The notes beneath the pieces were generated by a model, which was not told where the DNA came from, made no database searches, and saw nothing but the letters and a program-made list of their open reading frames with translations. The translations under genes and the position numbers were made by a program. Positions 54,848 to 64,000 of a stretch of DNA of 64,000 bases are shown here, piece by piece. Positions within the stretch are counted from its first letter, which is position 1, and each line of letters opens with the position of its first letter. This stretch comes from an uncultured Chloroflexia bacterium (GTDB lineage Bacteria; Chloroflexota; Limnocylindria; Limnocylindrales; CSP1-4), in NCBI GenBank assembly GCA_963697135.1, contig CAVOMZ010000016.1, forward strand, positions 19,640 through 83,639, written 5' to 3'.

Positions 54848-55885
54848 ATGAGGACGGTAGCGCGAAAGCCCCTGTGTCTGCTTCTACCCCTGCTGGCGCT
54901 GCTCATCGGTTGCAGCAGCGGTGGGAAGTCGTCCTCTGCGACCGCAGTGCCGCCGACGACGGCGCCCGCCGCAACGCCGACGCCAGAGGCGTTCGACGGC
55001 GGGCCTTCGACTCAGCTTCAGCTCACGGGTCTGCTCGCCAAGACCGGTGTCTTCAAGCTTGCCGACCTTAAGGTGCTGCCGAAATCGGACGTCACCACCG
55101 ATGCCGCGGCAGGCAACGGCAGGCTAGGCGAGCACAACTACGGCGGGCCGCTGCTCTATGACATGCTGATGGCAGCCCAGCCCAAGATGGACCCCAACCT
55201 CAAGAACGACCTGCTGCGTCGCGCCGTCATCGTCACGGGCAGTGATGGCTACAAGATCGCCATCTCCTGGGGCGAGATCGACCCGAACTTCGCTGCCAAG
55301 AAGATCCTCGTGGCCTACGAGCGCGATGGGCAGCCGCTGCCGGAAGCGGACGGCTTCGCGAGGCTCATCGTCCCCGGCGATGGTGCTGCCGGCCGCTACA
55401 TCTCCAACGTGGTCAAGATCGAGGTCAAAGACTCGCTACCGGCGCAGACGCAGGGCGTCGCCAAGCCAACGACCAGCTTCAACATGGCCGGCGCAGTCGC
55501 CAAGCCCGGCGCTGTGGACCTCACGAAGCTGAACTCGCTGAAGCAGACGAGCGTCAGCATCACTGCCAACGGCACAACGACGGTCTTCGGCGGCGTGCTG
55601 CTGAGCGACCTGCTGCAGGACGCCGGCATCAAGATTGATGTCAACAAGAAGAACGACATGCTGACCAAGGGCATCGTTGGAGTCGGCTCTGACGGCTACG
55701 CAAGCCTGATCGTCGGCGGCGAGATCGATGCTAAGTTCGGCAACCTGCAGATGCTGATCGCGACGTCGAAGGACGGCCAGCCGCTGGCCGATTCGGACGG
55801 CTTTGCGCGTATCGTTGTGCCGGGCGATGGACGGGCCGGGCGCTACGTCAGTAACCTGATGCGCATCGAGGTGGTCGAGCTCTAA
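54848..55885 (+). CDS. lipoprotein with two tandem molybdopterin-oxidoreductase-like (sulfite-oxidase-fold-like) domains
   Basis: Lipobox LLIGCSSGG. There are two halves of about 150 aa, each ending GFAR(L/I)(I/V)VPGDG(A/R)AGRY(I/V)SN...IEV. This resembles the C-terminal signature of Oxidored_molyb (PF00174)-type domains. Confidence 0.45.
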   Translation: MRTVARKPLCLLLPLLALLIGCSSGGKSSSATAVPPTTAPAATPTPEAFDGGPSTQLQLTGLLAKTGVFKLADLKVLPKSDVTTDAAAGNGRLGEHNYGGPLLYDMLMAAQPKMDPNLKNDLLRRAVIVTGSDGYKIAISWGEIDPNFAAKKILVAYERDGQPLPEADGFARLIVPGDGAAGRYISNVVKIEVKDSLPAQTQGVAKPTTSFNMAGAVAKPGAVDLTKLNSLKQTSVSITANGTTTVFGGVLLSDLLQDAGIKIDVNKKNDMLTKGIVGVGSDGYASLIVGGEIDAKFGNLQMLIATSKDGQPLADSDGFARIVVPGDGRAGRYVSNLMRIEVVEL

Positions 55886-55960
55886 GTATTCGACGCGCCG
55901 GAGGCACCCCTGACTGAGGTTGCGGTCCCGATACCAGAAATAAGCCGGCATAGGGCGGGC

Positions 55961-56758
55961 GTGGACGTTGCGGCTGTCTTCGCGCCGATGGCGCTGATCT
56001 TTGTCGCCTTCATGGGCGTGCCGCTGATGGCGATGTTCTGGCGCGCCTTCGATAGCGGCGAGCTGGCAAAGAACCTCACTTCGCACATGGTGCTGCACGC
56101 GATGCGCCTGAGCGCGATCACCAGCACGATCTCGCTGGCGCTGGCGATCATCTTTGGCACGCCCGTTGCTTACTTGCTGGCGCGGCGTAACTTCCCCGGC
56201 AAGTTCCTCGTCGACCTGCTCGTAGACCTGCCTATCGTGTTGCCACCGACGGTGGCGGGTGTGGCGCTGCTGGTGGCTTTCGGCCGGCGCGGCGTATTGG
56301 GCCAGCACCTGGACCATATCGGCATTACCTTCGCGTTTCAGACGTCTGCGGTGGTGCTGGCGCAGCTCTTCGTCTCGGCGCCCTTTTACATACGCACGCT
56401 CAAGGCCGGCTTCGAGAGCGTGAGCCAGGAGTACGAAGGCGTCGCTGCCACGCTGGGCGCCAGCCCGTTGCGCATCTTCCGGACGATCGTGCTGCCGTTG
56501 TGCTGGCCCTCGGTCGTGGCCGGCGCGATCCTCTGCTGGGCCCGCGGCCTCAGCGAGCTGGGCGCCACGCTGATCTTCGCGGGCAACTTCGAGGGCCGTA
56601 CCCAGACAATGCCGCTGGCGATCATCAGCGTCTTCGAGGCGGGCAGGTCGATCAACGTCGCCATTGCCCTGGCCGTGATCCTGGTGATCGTGGCTTCGGT
56701 CTTGCTCCTGGCGCTGAGACTTTTCGCGCGCTCTGCTGCCGGCCGTACTGTGGTTTAG
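55961..56758 (+). CDS. modB: molybdate ABC transporter permease
   Basis: 265 aa with 5-6 TM segments and the EAA loop QEYEGVAATLGASPLRIFRTIVLP. Confidence 0.85.
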   Translation: MDVAAVFAPMALIFVAFMGVPLMAMFWRAFDSGELAKNLTSHMVLHAMRLSAITSTISLALAIIFGTPVAYLLARRNFPGKFLVDLLVDLPIVLPPTVAGVALLVAFGRRGVLGQHLDHIGITFAFQTSAVVLAQLFVSAPFYIRTLKAGFESVSQEYEGVAATLGASPLRIFRTIVLPLCWPSVVAGAILCWARGLSELGATLIFAGNFEGRTQTMPLAIISVFEAGRSINVAIALAVILVIVASVLLLALRLFARSAAGRTVV

Positions 56759-56761
56759 GCC

Positions 56762-57857
56762 ATGCTCTCCGTCGAGTTCGAGAAGACGCTGGGTGGCTTC
56801 CACCTCCGGCCGCGCTTCGTAGCCGAGGATGAGCTGGTGGTGCTGCTGGGGCCGTCCGGCTCCGGCAAGTCCCTGACTCTGCGCGCTATCGCCGGGCTAC
56901 TGCGTCCCGATCGCGGGCGTATCGAGCTGCCGCAGGGTGTTGTCTTCGACTCGCAGGCCCACATCGAGGCACCGCCGCAGGAGCGAGGCGTCGGCTACGT
57001 GGTGCAGAACCTGGCGCTGTTCCCGCACCTCACGGTCGCCGAGAACATCGGCTTTGCAATCGACCGCTGGAAGCGGCCTGAGCGCCAGCAGCGAGTGGCC
57101 GAGCTGGTCGAGCTGCTGGGGCTGCAGGGGCTGGAATCGAGGCTGCCGCGATTTATCTCCGGCGGGCAGCAGCAGCGGGTGGCGCTGGGTCGGGCACTCG
57201 CGGCACGACCGCGCGTCCTGCTCCTGGACGAGCCCTTCACCGCCCTGGATACGCAGGTGCGCCACACGCTGCGCCGGGAGGTCGCGAGGCTACGGCGCCA
57301 GCTAGGGCTGCTGGCGCTGTTCGTGACCCACGACCTGCAGGAGGCCTACGCGCTGGGCGACAGCATCGCTGTCTACGACCAGGGCGAGGTGCTGCAGTTC
57401 GGTCAGCCGCGAGGAGGTCTTCAAGTCGCCGAAAAGCATTCGTGTCGCCCAGCTCCTGGACGCACGCAACATTTTCGAAGGCACCGTCGTCGCCAAGCAC
57501 GAGGCCTTCACGGAGGTCGAGACGCCGTGGTTCCGCGTAAGGGCCCGCGCCGAGGGCGTGCTGGGGCCGGGCATGAAAGCGGCGGTCTCGATCCGGCCGG
57601 AGCACGTAATCATGCTGCGCCGCGATAGGCCTCACTCCAACGAGGTCGAGACGCTGCTGGACGTAGAGGTGGAGGAGGAGATCGCGACGGGCAGCAATCA
57701 CCGCCTCTATCTGCGTGTGATGGGCGCCGGCGGGCCTACCGGTTGCGTGATCGAAGCTGACGTCCCGGCTCATCCCTACGACGTGATGGGCATCGCCTCG
57801 ACGCCTTCGTGGCGTATTGCTCTGACGCTGGAGCAGGCTGTCGCCATTCCGCTCTAG
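56762..57857 (+). pseudogene. modC: molybdate-type ABC transporter ATP-binding protein, one frameshift
   Basis: Walker A GPSGSGKS, signature [11 protein letters not shown], Walker B LLLDEPF. After ...LQFGQP the frame shifts near 57410 and continues REEVFKSPKSIRVAQLLDARN... to the stop at 57857 (the TOBE-like tail, ORF 57558..57857). Confidence 0.8.
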
Positions 57858-57919
57858 GCGGCAACTGGCGACTACGCCGCCCTCCCCCGCGGCCCAGTGT
57901 CACGAGTGTTGGTTGGACT

Positions 57920-57970
57920 GGGACTAGGTCTCTCGCCTCGGCTTGGCGCCGATGGGTCGAGACGACAAAG
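57920..57970. repeat. family H element
   Basis: GGGACTAGGTCTCTCGCCTCGGCTTGGCGCCGATGGGTCGAGACGACAAAG. Confidence 0.75.
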
Positions 57971-58020
57971 GGTGTACCGGACCAGGCAGCCTGGCGGTTA
58001 GGCGATGGCTTTGGAGCCAA

Positions 58021-58758
58021 TCAGGCGTGGACGGGGGTGTGGTCCGCCAGGAACTGCTTCATGCGCGCCGTGGCGTCTACGAGCGGCTGACCTTCTTTCC
58101 AGACCGGGATGAACTCGGCGTTGGGCAGGAGGCGGCCGATCTCCTCGGCGATAGCGAAGGGATGGGCGGCATCGTTGCCGGCGAGCACGAGGCACGGGGT
58201 CTGGCAGTTGCGCACGAAATCGCGGTCGACGCTGTAAGCGAAGCCCGGCGCGTAGAGGTTGGCGTAGAGCGAATCGAGGACCTTTTCGCCGGCTTCCGGG
58301 TGGTCCTTCAGGGTTGCGGCCCAGCCGTCGAAGCTGGCGGAGTGGCCGGGCAGAAACTCACCGACGCGGCCGATGGGTTGGGCGATCACGGCCGATGCGA
58401 CGCGGTCCGGGTGCTCCTTGAGCATGTTGAAGATGAAGGGCCCGCCGATGCACTGCCCGTAGAGGTGGCACTTATCGATGCCGAGGTGGTCGAGCACGGC
58501 GATGTGGTCGGAGGTGAAGCTGTGCCAACCGTCCGCGACGGTAATCGGTGCGACGGAGCGGCCGGGGGCGTTGCGCTGGTCCATGGCGATGACGCGGAAG
58601 TCGGTGGCGAAGACCGTGGTGGGGTCCACGGGCGCCGAGGGGCGGTGCCAGACCTCGATGGCTGAGAGCAGACCGCCGGGCGCGAAGGTGAGGATAGGGA
58701 AGCCGCTACCGAACTCTTCGTAGTAGATGGTGGCGTTTCCGTTCTGGATCGTCGGCAT
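58021..58758 (-). CDS. alpha/beta hydrolase
   Basis: Start ATG 58758 (MPTIQNGNATIYYEEFGSGFPILTFAPGG). Nucleophile elbow LYGQCIGG. About 245 aa. Confidence 0.75.
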   Translation of the reverse strand: MPTIQNGNATIYYEEFGSGFPILTFAPGGLLSAIEVWHRPSAPVDPTTVFATDFRVIAMDQRNAPGRSVAPITVADGWHSFTSDHIAVLDHLGIDKCHLYGQCIGGPFIFNMLKEHPDRVASAVIAQPIGRVGEFLPGHSASFDGWAATLKDHPEAGEKVLDSLYANLYAPGFAYSVDRDFVRNCQTPCLVLAGNDAAHPFAIAEEIGRLLPNAEFIPVWKEGQPLVDATARMKQFLADHTPVHA

Positions 58759-59010
58759 GGGCTTCCGTCCTGTTCTCGTGCCTGATTCGGCAGGTTGTTC
58801 GGGAGTGTCGCCGGCGGTCGATGACGACCATGACACCCGGCTGCTGAGAGTCTAGGCACCCATCCGGAACGAAGGCAAGGCAGTGCTTAGCCTGGTTTGA
58901 AGCGCAAAAGTTCGGATTTGCATGCCTGCATGCGCGGGCACGCGTAAGATTGACGGGATGCAAAACCCGGACAGCGGTAACGCCACGGTCCGACGCTGCA
59001 AGGATGCAGC

Positions 59011-59850
59011 ATGAAACGGCTGTCCCCTGCCAGCCGCGGCGTCTTCGTCGTCATTCTCCTCGTCGTTGGCGTCAGGCTGGGCATGGCAGCGCTGGATTCG
59101 TCGGCAGCTTCATCGCCGCTGGTGACGCAGGCAAACGGCGGCGGCCTGACGATCGCGTCGCAGGCTGAGAAGAGCAGCTCGCCATCGCCACCGGTCGTAA
59201 GGGAGGCTGTAGCCATCGTCCCGCCGGAGGCTTTGCTCCCGGATGCTCTGGCAGCGCTGCCGACGCCGGAGGCCAGCCCGACAGCCGAGGCAGAGGCAGC
59301 CGACACCTCTGATGCCCCGCGCGACGCTGATGCCGCGGCCGCCGACACTGCAATTCCGCCAACTGCCACAGAGGTGCCGCCCACGCCGGTCCCGCCGACA
59401 CCGACCCCAATCCCGCCGACTGCTACGCCCGTCCCTCCAACGGCAACGCCTCGGCCGCCGACGCCGACGCCTCTACCACCCACGACAGCAACGCGCGTCC
59501 CCCTGCTGCCCGTTGCGACGCCCACAGTGCCACTGATCCCAGGGACGTTCACGGGGACGGCGACACCCTACAGCTCGTTGTTGACGGGCAACTCGATGGG
59601 CTGCACCGGCGCCGGCAAGTACGACCCGAACGACATCACGACCATCGCTGTGGCGGCGAGTCTGCACTTGCTGTTCCCGTGCGGTAGCCGGATGGAGGTG
59701 TGCGGCACGTTGGGCTGCATCACCGGCGTCCGCAAGGATTCGTGCCTGGCCTGCGGCGTCCTTTCGATAGATCTGTCGCGCGCCGGTTTTAACGCTACGT
59801 GCGGCCCTAGCGCCAACTCCTGCACGGTGCGCATGCGTCAGGTGCCTTAG
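59011..59850 (+). CDS. secreted protein with Pro/Thr-rich linker and C-terminal RlpA-like double-psi beta-barrel domain
   Basis: Signal-like N-terminus, a PTPxPPT repeat linker, and a C-terminus (GTATPYSSLLTGNSMGCTGAGKYDPNDITTIAVAA...SIDLSRAGF) that resembles the DPBB_1/RlpA fold. Confidence 0.55.
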   Translation: MKRLSPASRGVFVVILLVVGVRLGMAALDSSAASSPLVTQANGGGLTIASQAEKSSSPSPPVVREAVAIVPPEALLPDALAALPTPEASPTAEAEAADTSDAPRDADAAAADTAIPPTATEVPPTPVPPTPTPIPPTATPVPPTATPRPPTPTPLPPTTATRVPLLPVATPTVPLIPGTFTGTATPYSSLLTGNSMGCTGAGKYDPNDITTIAVAASLHLLFPCGSRMEVCGTLGCITGVRKDSCLACGVLSIDLSRAGFNATCGPSANSCTVRMRQVP

Positions 59851-60035
59851 CGGCCAGCGCGCAAACGCCCGTCGAAGCCAGCCGCCCCGGTTGACTTGAG
59901 GATGGTCGAGCAGGCACGGCTGTGTGCTAAGTCGAGGCGACGAAGAAGCGCCTTATCAGGGTGTTGAAAAATCGCTCTTCATGGCTCTGGGAGGGTCGTC
60001 GAAACCGCCGGATGAATCCGGCGGCAAGGCATTGC

Positions 60036-60068
60036 CCACGGCTTTCAGGCCGTGGTTTCCCTTTTTTC
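60036..60068 (+). terminator. rho-independent terminator with no obvious upstream gene end
   Basis: CCACGGC-tttcag-GCCGTGG followed by TTTCCCTTTTTTC. It lies 186 nt downstream of the stop at 59850 and is preceded by a second hairpin, CCGCCGGA-tgaa-TCCGGCGG (60006-60025). Confidence 0.6.
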
Positions 60069-60124
60069 ATCACCTGTCATGGTTGTTGATTAGCTAGCAA
60101 CACGGGGCTGTCTGGAGAGAGAAT

Positions 60125-60275
60125 CGGCTGGGCAAATGGATGCCCGCTTTGCTGCGCGGCGCTATCGCGACGGTCCGCCCCCATCCCTTGAAAACAAATA
60201 ACCCGGGGGACACCGCCTGGAACTCCGGCAGAGAGTGGCTTCGCTTGCGCCGCTCTCTGCACTCTTTGCATGGCA
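60125..60275 (+). repeat. degenerate family A-like element
   Basis: It keeps the core GCCCGCTTTGCTGCGCGGCGCTATCGCGACGGTCCGCCCCC but lacks the GAGGGCACATCCCTC hairpin. Confidence 0.6.
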
Positions 60276-60447
60276 TTCTTTCAGATGTCTCTAAGAGCGA
60301 GACTTGAATCACCAAGGACCATAAGGGTTTGAAAGAGCGAGTCGAGTAAGCGGGCTTTGCGTCCGTATATCGCCTCAGGTGGTGAGCACCGGCACCGCGG
60401 CATTATTGAGCAGCTGCAACTCGTCCAGGGCCCACCGCGGCGTCTCG

Positions 60448-61120
60448 TTACGAATGTCGGCGATGACTGAGCCCGTCACGCATCTGGATGATGCGGCTGG
60501 CATGCTCGGCGATGTCCTGCTCGTGCGTGACGTAGATCACCGTGATGTTGCGCTGGCGGTTCATGACCTGAAAGATCGAGATGATCTCCAGGCTCGTCTT
60601 GCTATCCAGGTTACCCGTCGGCTCGTCGGCCAGGATGATCGAAGGGTTGGTGACCATCGCGCGGGCGATGGCGACGCGCTGCTGCTGGCCGCCGGACATC
60701 TCGGTAGGCTTGTGATGGATGCGGGCGCCGAGCCCCACCGCTTCGAGAGCGCCGATCGCCAGCTCTTTGCGGTCCTTGGTGCCGCGATAGACCAGCGGCA
60801 GCTCCACCTGGCGCACGGCGGGCATGCGCGGCAGCAGGTTGTAGTTCTGGAACACGAAGCCGATGGCCTGGTTGCGGACGATGCGCCAGCTCGTCGTCGG
60901 TCATTTCGCTGACGCGCGTGCCGTCCAGGATGTAGGCGCCAGAGGTCGGTGTGTCCAGGCAGCCGAGGATGTTCATCATCGTCGACTTGCCGGAGCCGGA
61001 CGTACCGACGATCGCGACGAACTCGCCGTCTTCGATGGTGAGGTTGATGCCTGCAAGCGCATGCAGTACACCCTCGCCGGTGTCGTAGGTCTTCCAGAGG
61101 TCGATGAGTTGGATAGGCAT
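60448..61120 (-). pseudogene. ABC transporter ATP-binding protein (MacB/LolD/FtsE-like), one frameshift
   Basis: Start ATG 61120 (MPIQLIDLWKTY...GTSGSGKST). After ...MTDDELA the frame shifts near 60885 and continues ...[15 protein letters not shown]...[14 protein letters not shown]...[11 protein letters not shown]. Confidence 0.8.
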
Positions 61121-61429
61121 TAGAGCCGACCGATTCCCGCGCCGCCGGGGTATGCGTTGCCCGGGCCACAGATGCGGCACGTTCCCGACAGCCTGCGCTG
61201 TGGTCTAAAAGAGTAGATGTGGACGCATAGCGACATAACCGCAGGGTAGGGTACTTACCGTTACGGCGGCGTTACGGTTCTTGCGCGCAATTCGTAGACG
61301 CGAGGTCATTCCTGGCTGGTGTTGGGTTATCGATGCCCAGATACGGCAAGCTAGGGGTCAGCGCGACCTGATCCCAAGGCATCGAGCCGCTCTAGCGTTG
61401 GCCGGTGAAAGGTGGTTTCGGGTTGGAGG

Positions 61430-61723
61430 TCAGTCTCGAGAGCGTCGCGGCAGGCGGGAGGAGAGGCCGTTGTGGATGAGCAGGTAGGGTTGCTGCTTTG
61501 GAGACGGCTTCGGTGTTTTGGAGCCGTTGAGGCCCAACAAAGCGATTGCCGCTGCCAGCGCCTCTGCCTTGGCGCTTCCCAGCCCTTCGTCTTGCTGGGG
61601 CGGCTCGTCAGGCTGGGTCGAGCTCGCTTCGTCCGGCGCTTTTCTCGACCGTCCCGCCGGGAGAGCCGTGGGCACGAAGAGCAGAATCGCCGTCAAGCCG
61701 AGACCGAGGTCAACACCAACCAC
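61430..61723 (-). CDS. hypothetical small membrane protein
   Basis: 97 aa with a GTG start and AGAGAGG Shine-Dalgarno 7 nt upstream. One N-terminal TM segment, an acidic/Pro-rich middle, and an Ala-rich segment. High GC3. It loosely resembles OadG-type subunits, but this is not supported further. Confidence 0.3.
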   Translation of the reverse strand: MVGVDLGLGLTAILLFVPTALPAGRSRKAPDEASSTQPDEPPQQDEGLGSAKAEALAAAIALLGLNGSKTPKPSPKQQPYLLIHNGLSSRLPRRSRD

Positions 61724-61910
61724 TGGCAGCCTCTCTGATCGTTAAGAAAGGCAGGCGGCATACGCCGGCTTGCTCCTGAGTGAATCTAGGCGGGCCACAT
61801 TGCCGGTAGATGAATGGTAGATGACGTTCGTATTAAGAGACGCTGATCGCCGCATGAAAGCCCATGCGATAGGGCGAAAGATCGACCCGAGCCAGAGAAT
61901 CGAACTCAAG

Positions 61911-61976
61911 TCCGTCCGTCCTAAGCTAGCCTGCCCTTCGACCCGGCTCAGGGCAGGCTAGCTCAGGACGGACGGA
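61911..61976. terminator. very long hairpin (26-bp stem, 1 mismatch) downstream of the GNAT gene
   Basis: TCCGTCCGTCCTAAGCTAGCCTGCCC-ttcgacccggctca-GGGCAGGCTAGCTCAGGACGGACGGA, 53 nt after the stop at 62029. Confidence 0.5.
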
Positions 61977-62028
61977 TTGTTGGGGCCCGTCATCGCCACA
62001 TGGGTTGGCTGCGGCGGTAGGAGTGGCG

Positions 62029-62598
62029 CTAAGCGAAGGGGCTTAGGACGGTCTGCAAGGGCATTGGTGTCCGCGCGGCTTTGCGGGCTCTGGCCCGATG
62101 CGATGGGGCTGGTGCTTTGCCCACTTCGACGGTCGGTCTTAGGGCGGCGACATAGAGGGCGGCCGGATTGCCCGGCGGCCACCCGGGCATCGGGTCGATG
62201 GTGTCGATGTGGTGGAAGCCGCGCTGCTGCCAGAAGGCGCGCGTGTTCTCGTAGGGCTCGTAGCCGGCGGACTGGTCCAGCGTCTTGACCTCTACCAGGC
62301 TGACACCATCCGCCGCGAGGCGATCCAGGACGTGGGTCAGGAGCTCTGTGCCGCTGCCGTGGCCACGCTGGTCCAGGGAAACCGCCATCCACAGCAGCTC
62401 AGCCGCCAGGGCAGACCGCCTTTGGGACACGATAAAGCCGATGACGGCGGGCCCATTGCATATTACCCAGGCGCCGAGGCAAGCGAGGTCACGCTCTACC
62501 TGTTCGCACTCGTCGCCGGTGAAGAAGTCGGGAAGGCCCCGGATGATTTCTAAGCAACTGACGAAGTCCTGAGCAGTTGATCGTCTGATCACTCTCAT
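62029..62598 (-). CDS. GNAT family N-acetyltransferase
   Basis: 189 aa. The acetyl-CoA-binding pattern LWMAVSLDQRGHGSGTELL (Q/RxxGxG/A) is present. Confidence 0.8.
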   Translation of the reverse strand: MRVIRRSTAQDFVSCLEIIRGLPDFFTGDECEQVERDLACLGAWVICNGPAVIGFIVSQRRSALAAELLWMAVSLDQRGHGSGTELLTHVLDRLAADGVSLVEVKTLDQSAGYEPYENTRAFWQQRGFHHIDTIDPMPGWPPGNPAALYVAALRPTVEVGKAPAPSHRARARKAARTPMPLQTVLSPFA

Positions 62599-62779
62599 AC
62601 AGTGTCAGCATTATGCCCGGCCTCGTTGGCCTTATCGACCCTATCAACGACAAGACATAAGGACTTTAACCAACTGATAACACGCGCCTGCACTTGCGAT
62701 ATGTTGGCGGTGAAACAAAGCGCTGAGCCGGGACTCCATGTTAAGTCCCGGCCCAGTCGCTCACTAGAAGCGTGCTGCT

Positions 62780-63067
62780 CTAGCTGGCGATGACGGGGAA
62801 GAGGCGGATGTCGGCCGGGCCGCTGGCGTTGGCGCCAAGGTGCTTCATCAGCCGGGGCCCGATAACACCGGAGGCGGCGTCCGCGTGCTCCTGGCTGTCC
62901 CAGAGGACGCAGAGGCCGCTCTCGCCGTCATCGCCGCCACCGAAGAAGGCAGCGCTCATGCAACCGGCCTGCTGCTTGATCGCGGGGATGAGGTCGTCCG
63001 CCATGGATTTGGCCTGAGCGCGGCCGGACGGCGAAAGGGTAAAGCGGACGAGTCGAACGTAAGCCAT
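62780..63067 (-). CDS. small ABM/Dabb-like (alpha-beta barrel) protein
   Basis: 95 aa. The pattern (MAYVRLVRFTL...QQAGCMSAAFF...CVLWDSQEHADAA) resembles antibiotic-biosynthesis-monooxygenase-like folds. Tentative. Confidence 0.4.
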   Translation of the reverse strand: MAYVRLVRFTLSPSGRAQAKSMADDLIPAIKQQAGCMSAAFFGGGDDGESGLCVLWDSQEHADAASGVIGPRLMKHLGANASGPADIRLFPVIAS

Positions 63068-63153
63068 GATTACTGCTCCTGCGCTCTTCTAGCGCTGCTA
63101 AGTCTTTGGGTGATGCCGGCTGGTCTCTCGGCCCTGCCGAAGGAGAGCCGGCG

Positions 63154-63786
<633 letters not shown>

Positions 63787-63840
63787 TTTCGTGCCCTTTC
63801 TTCGCTATGGTTCCGCTGATGGTGGCTGATGATGTGGTGG

Positions 63841-64000
63841 TTAAACGTCCGTCGTGACGACCTGGCCGGAGCCCGTGTCGCAGACGGCGTCCACCTCGAT
63901 GATGGCGTCGTAAGGGAAGCCGAGGCCGGCATAAGCGCTCGCCACCGCGTCCTTGCTTGGGGCGTCGAACTCGCAGACCACGCGCCCTTCGCTAAAGCTG
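63841..64000 (-). CDS. C-terminal part of a small protein, possibly DUF4242-like (continues past the right edge)
   Basis: Open frame on the minus strand ending ...CEFDAPSKDAVASAYAGLGFPYDAIIEVDAVCDTGSGQVVTTDV* with the stop at 63841-63843. The C-x-F/Y-x-APS...A...GLP.D.I.EV pattern resembles DUF4242. Confidence 0.35.
   Translation of the reverse strand, partial: SFSEGRVVCEFDAPSKDAVASAYAGLGFPYDAIIEVDAVCDTGSGQVVTTDV

Noticed and set aside
58837-59010. Cyclic-di-AMP (ydaO-type) riboswitch upstream of the RlpA-like cell-wall protein gene.
   Set aside because: The context is suggestive, but I did not find the paired conserved G-rich/ACCC-type blocks I associate with this motif. The call is not supportable without a covariance-model search.

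Overview
GC-rich bacterial chromosomal window (well above 60% GC by eye) with about 55 protein-coding genes on both strands. I recognised no rRNA, tRNA or CRISPR array, and no transposase, integrase, phage or defence genes.

Gene content:
- Housekeeping: apt; the ffh-rpsP-KH-rimM operon; an RRM RNA-binding protein; an L,D-transpeptidase; a 1-Cys peroxiredoxin; larE.
- A molybdate locus: mop, padR, modA, two extra genes, modB, modC.
- Transport: a family-5 ABC solute-binding protein, three MFS transporters, an APC permease.
- A loose set of aromatic and oxidative catabolism genes: two LigB-type extradiol dioxygenases, a Rieske oxygenase, two LLM flavin oxidoreductases, an amidohydrolase-2 enzyme, an FAH-family enzyme, a TPP enzyme, NIPSNAP, cupin, SRPBCC and a MetE-like protein.
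- A vapBC toxin-antitoxin pair.

The taxon cannot be proven from the sequence. The gene mix (LLM enzymes, NHL, PAC2, sortase, RRM protein) is reminiscent of Chloroflexota or Actinomycetota.

Two properties stand out.
1. Roughly 13 kb (about 20%, summed by hand from my gene coordinates) is unusually long intergenic DNA. It is built almost entirely from a mosaic of at least ten families of hairpin-rich repeats. Some are in head-to-tail arrays, some share common termini, and some show compensatory substitutions in predicted stems. This looks like a large population of non-autonomous mobile or structured-RNA-like elements that I cannot assign to any known family.
2. At least 11 single-nucleotide frame disruptions hit 8 otherwise intact genes, including the essential ffh. 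This most likely reflects consensus indel errors rather than real pseudogenes.

I found no clear novel protein-based system. The repeat superfamily and the two extra genes inside the mod operon are the most interesting leads.
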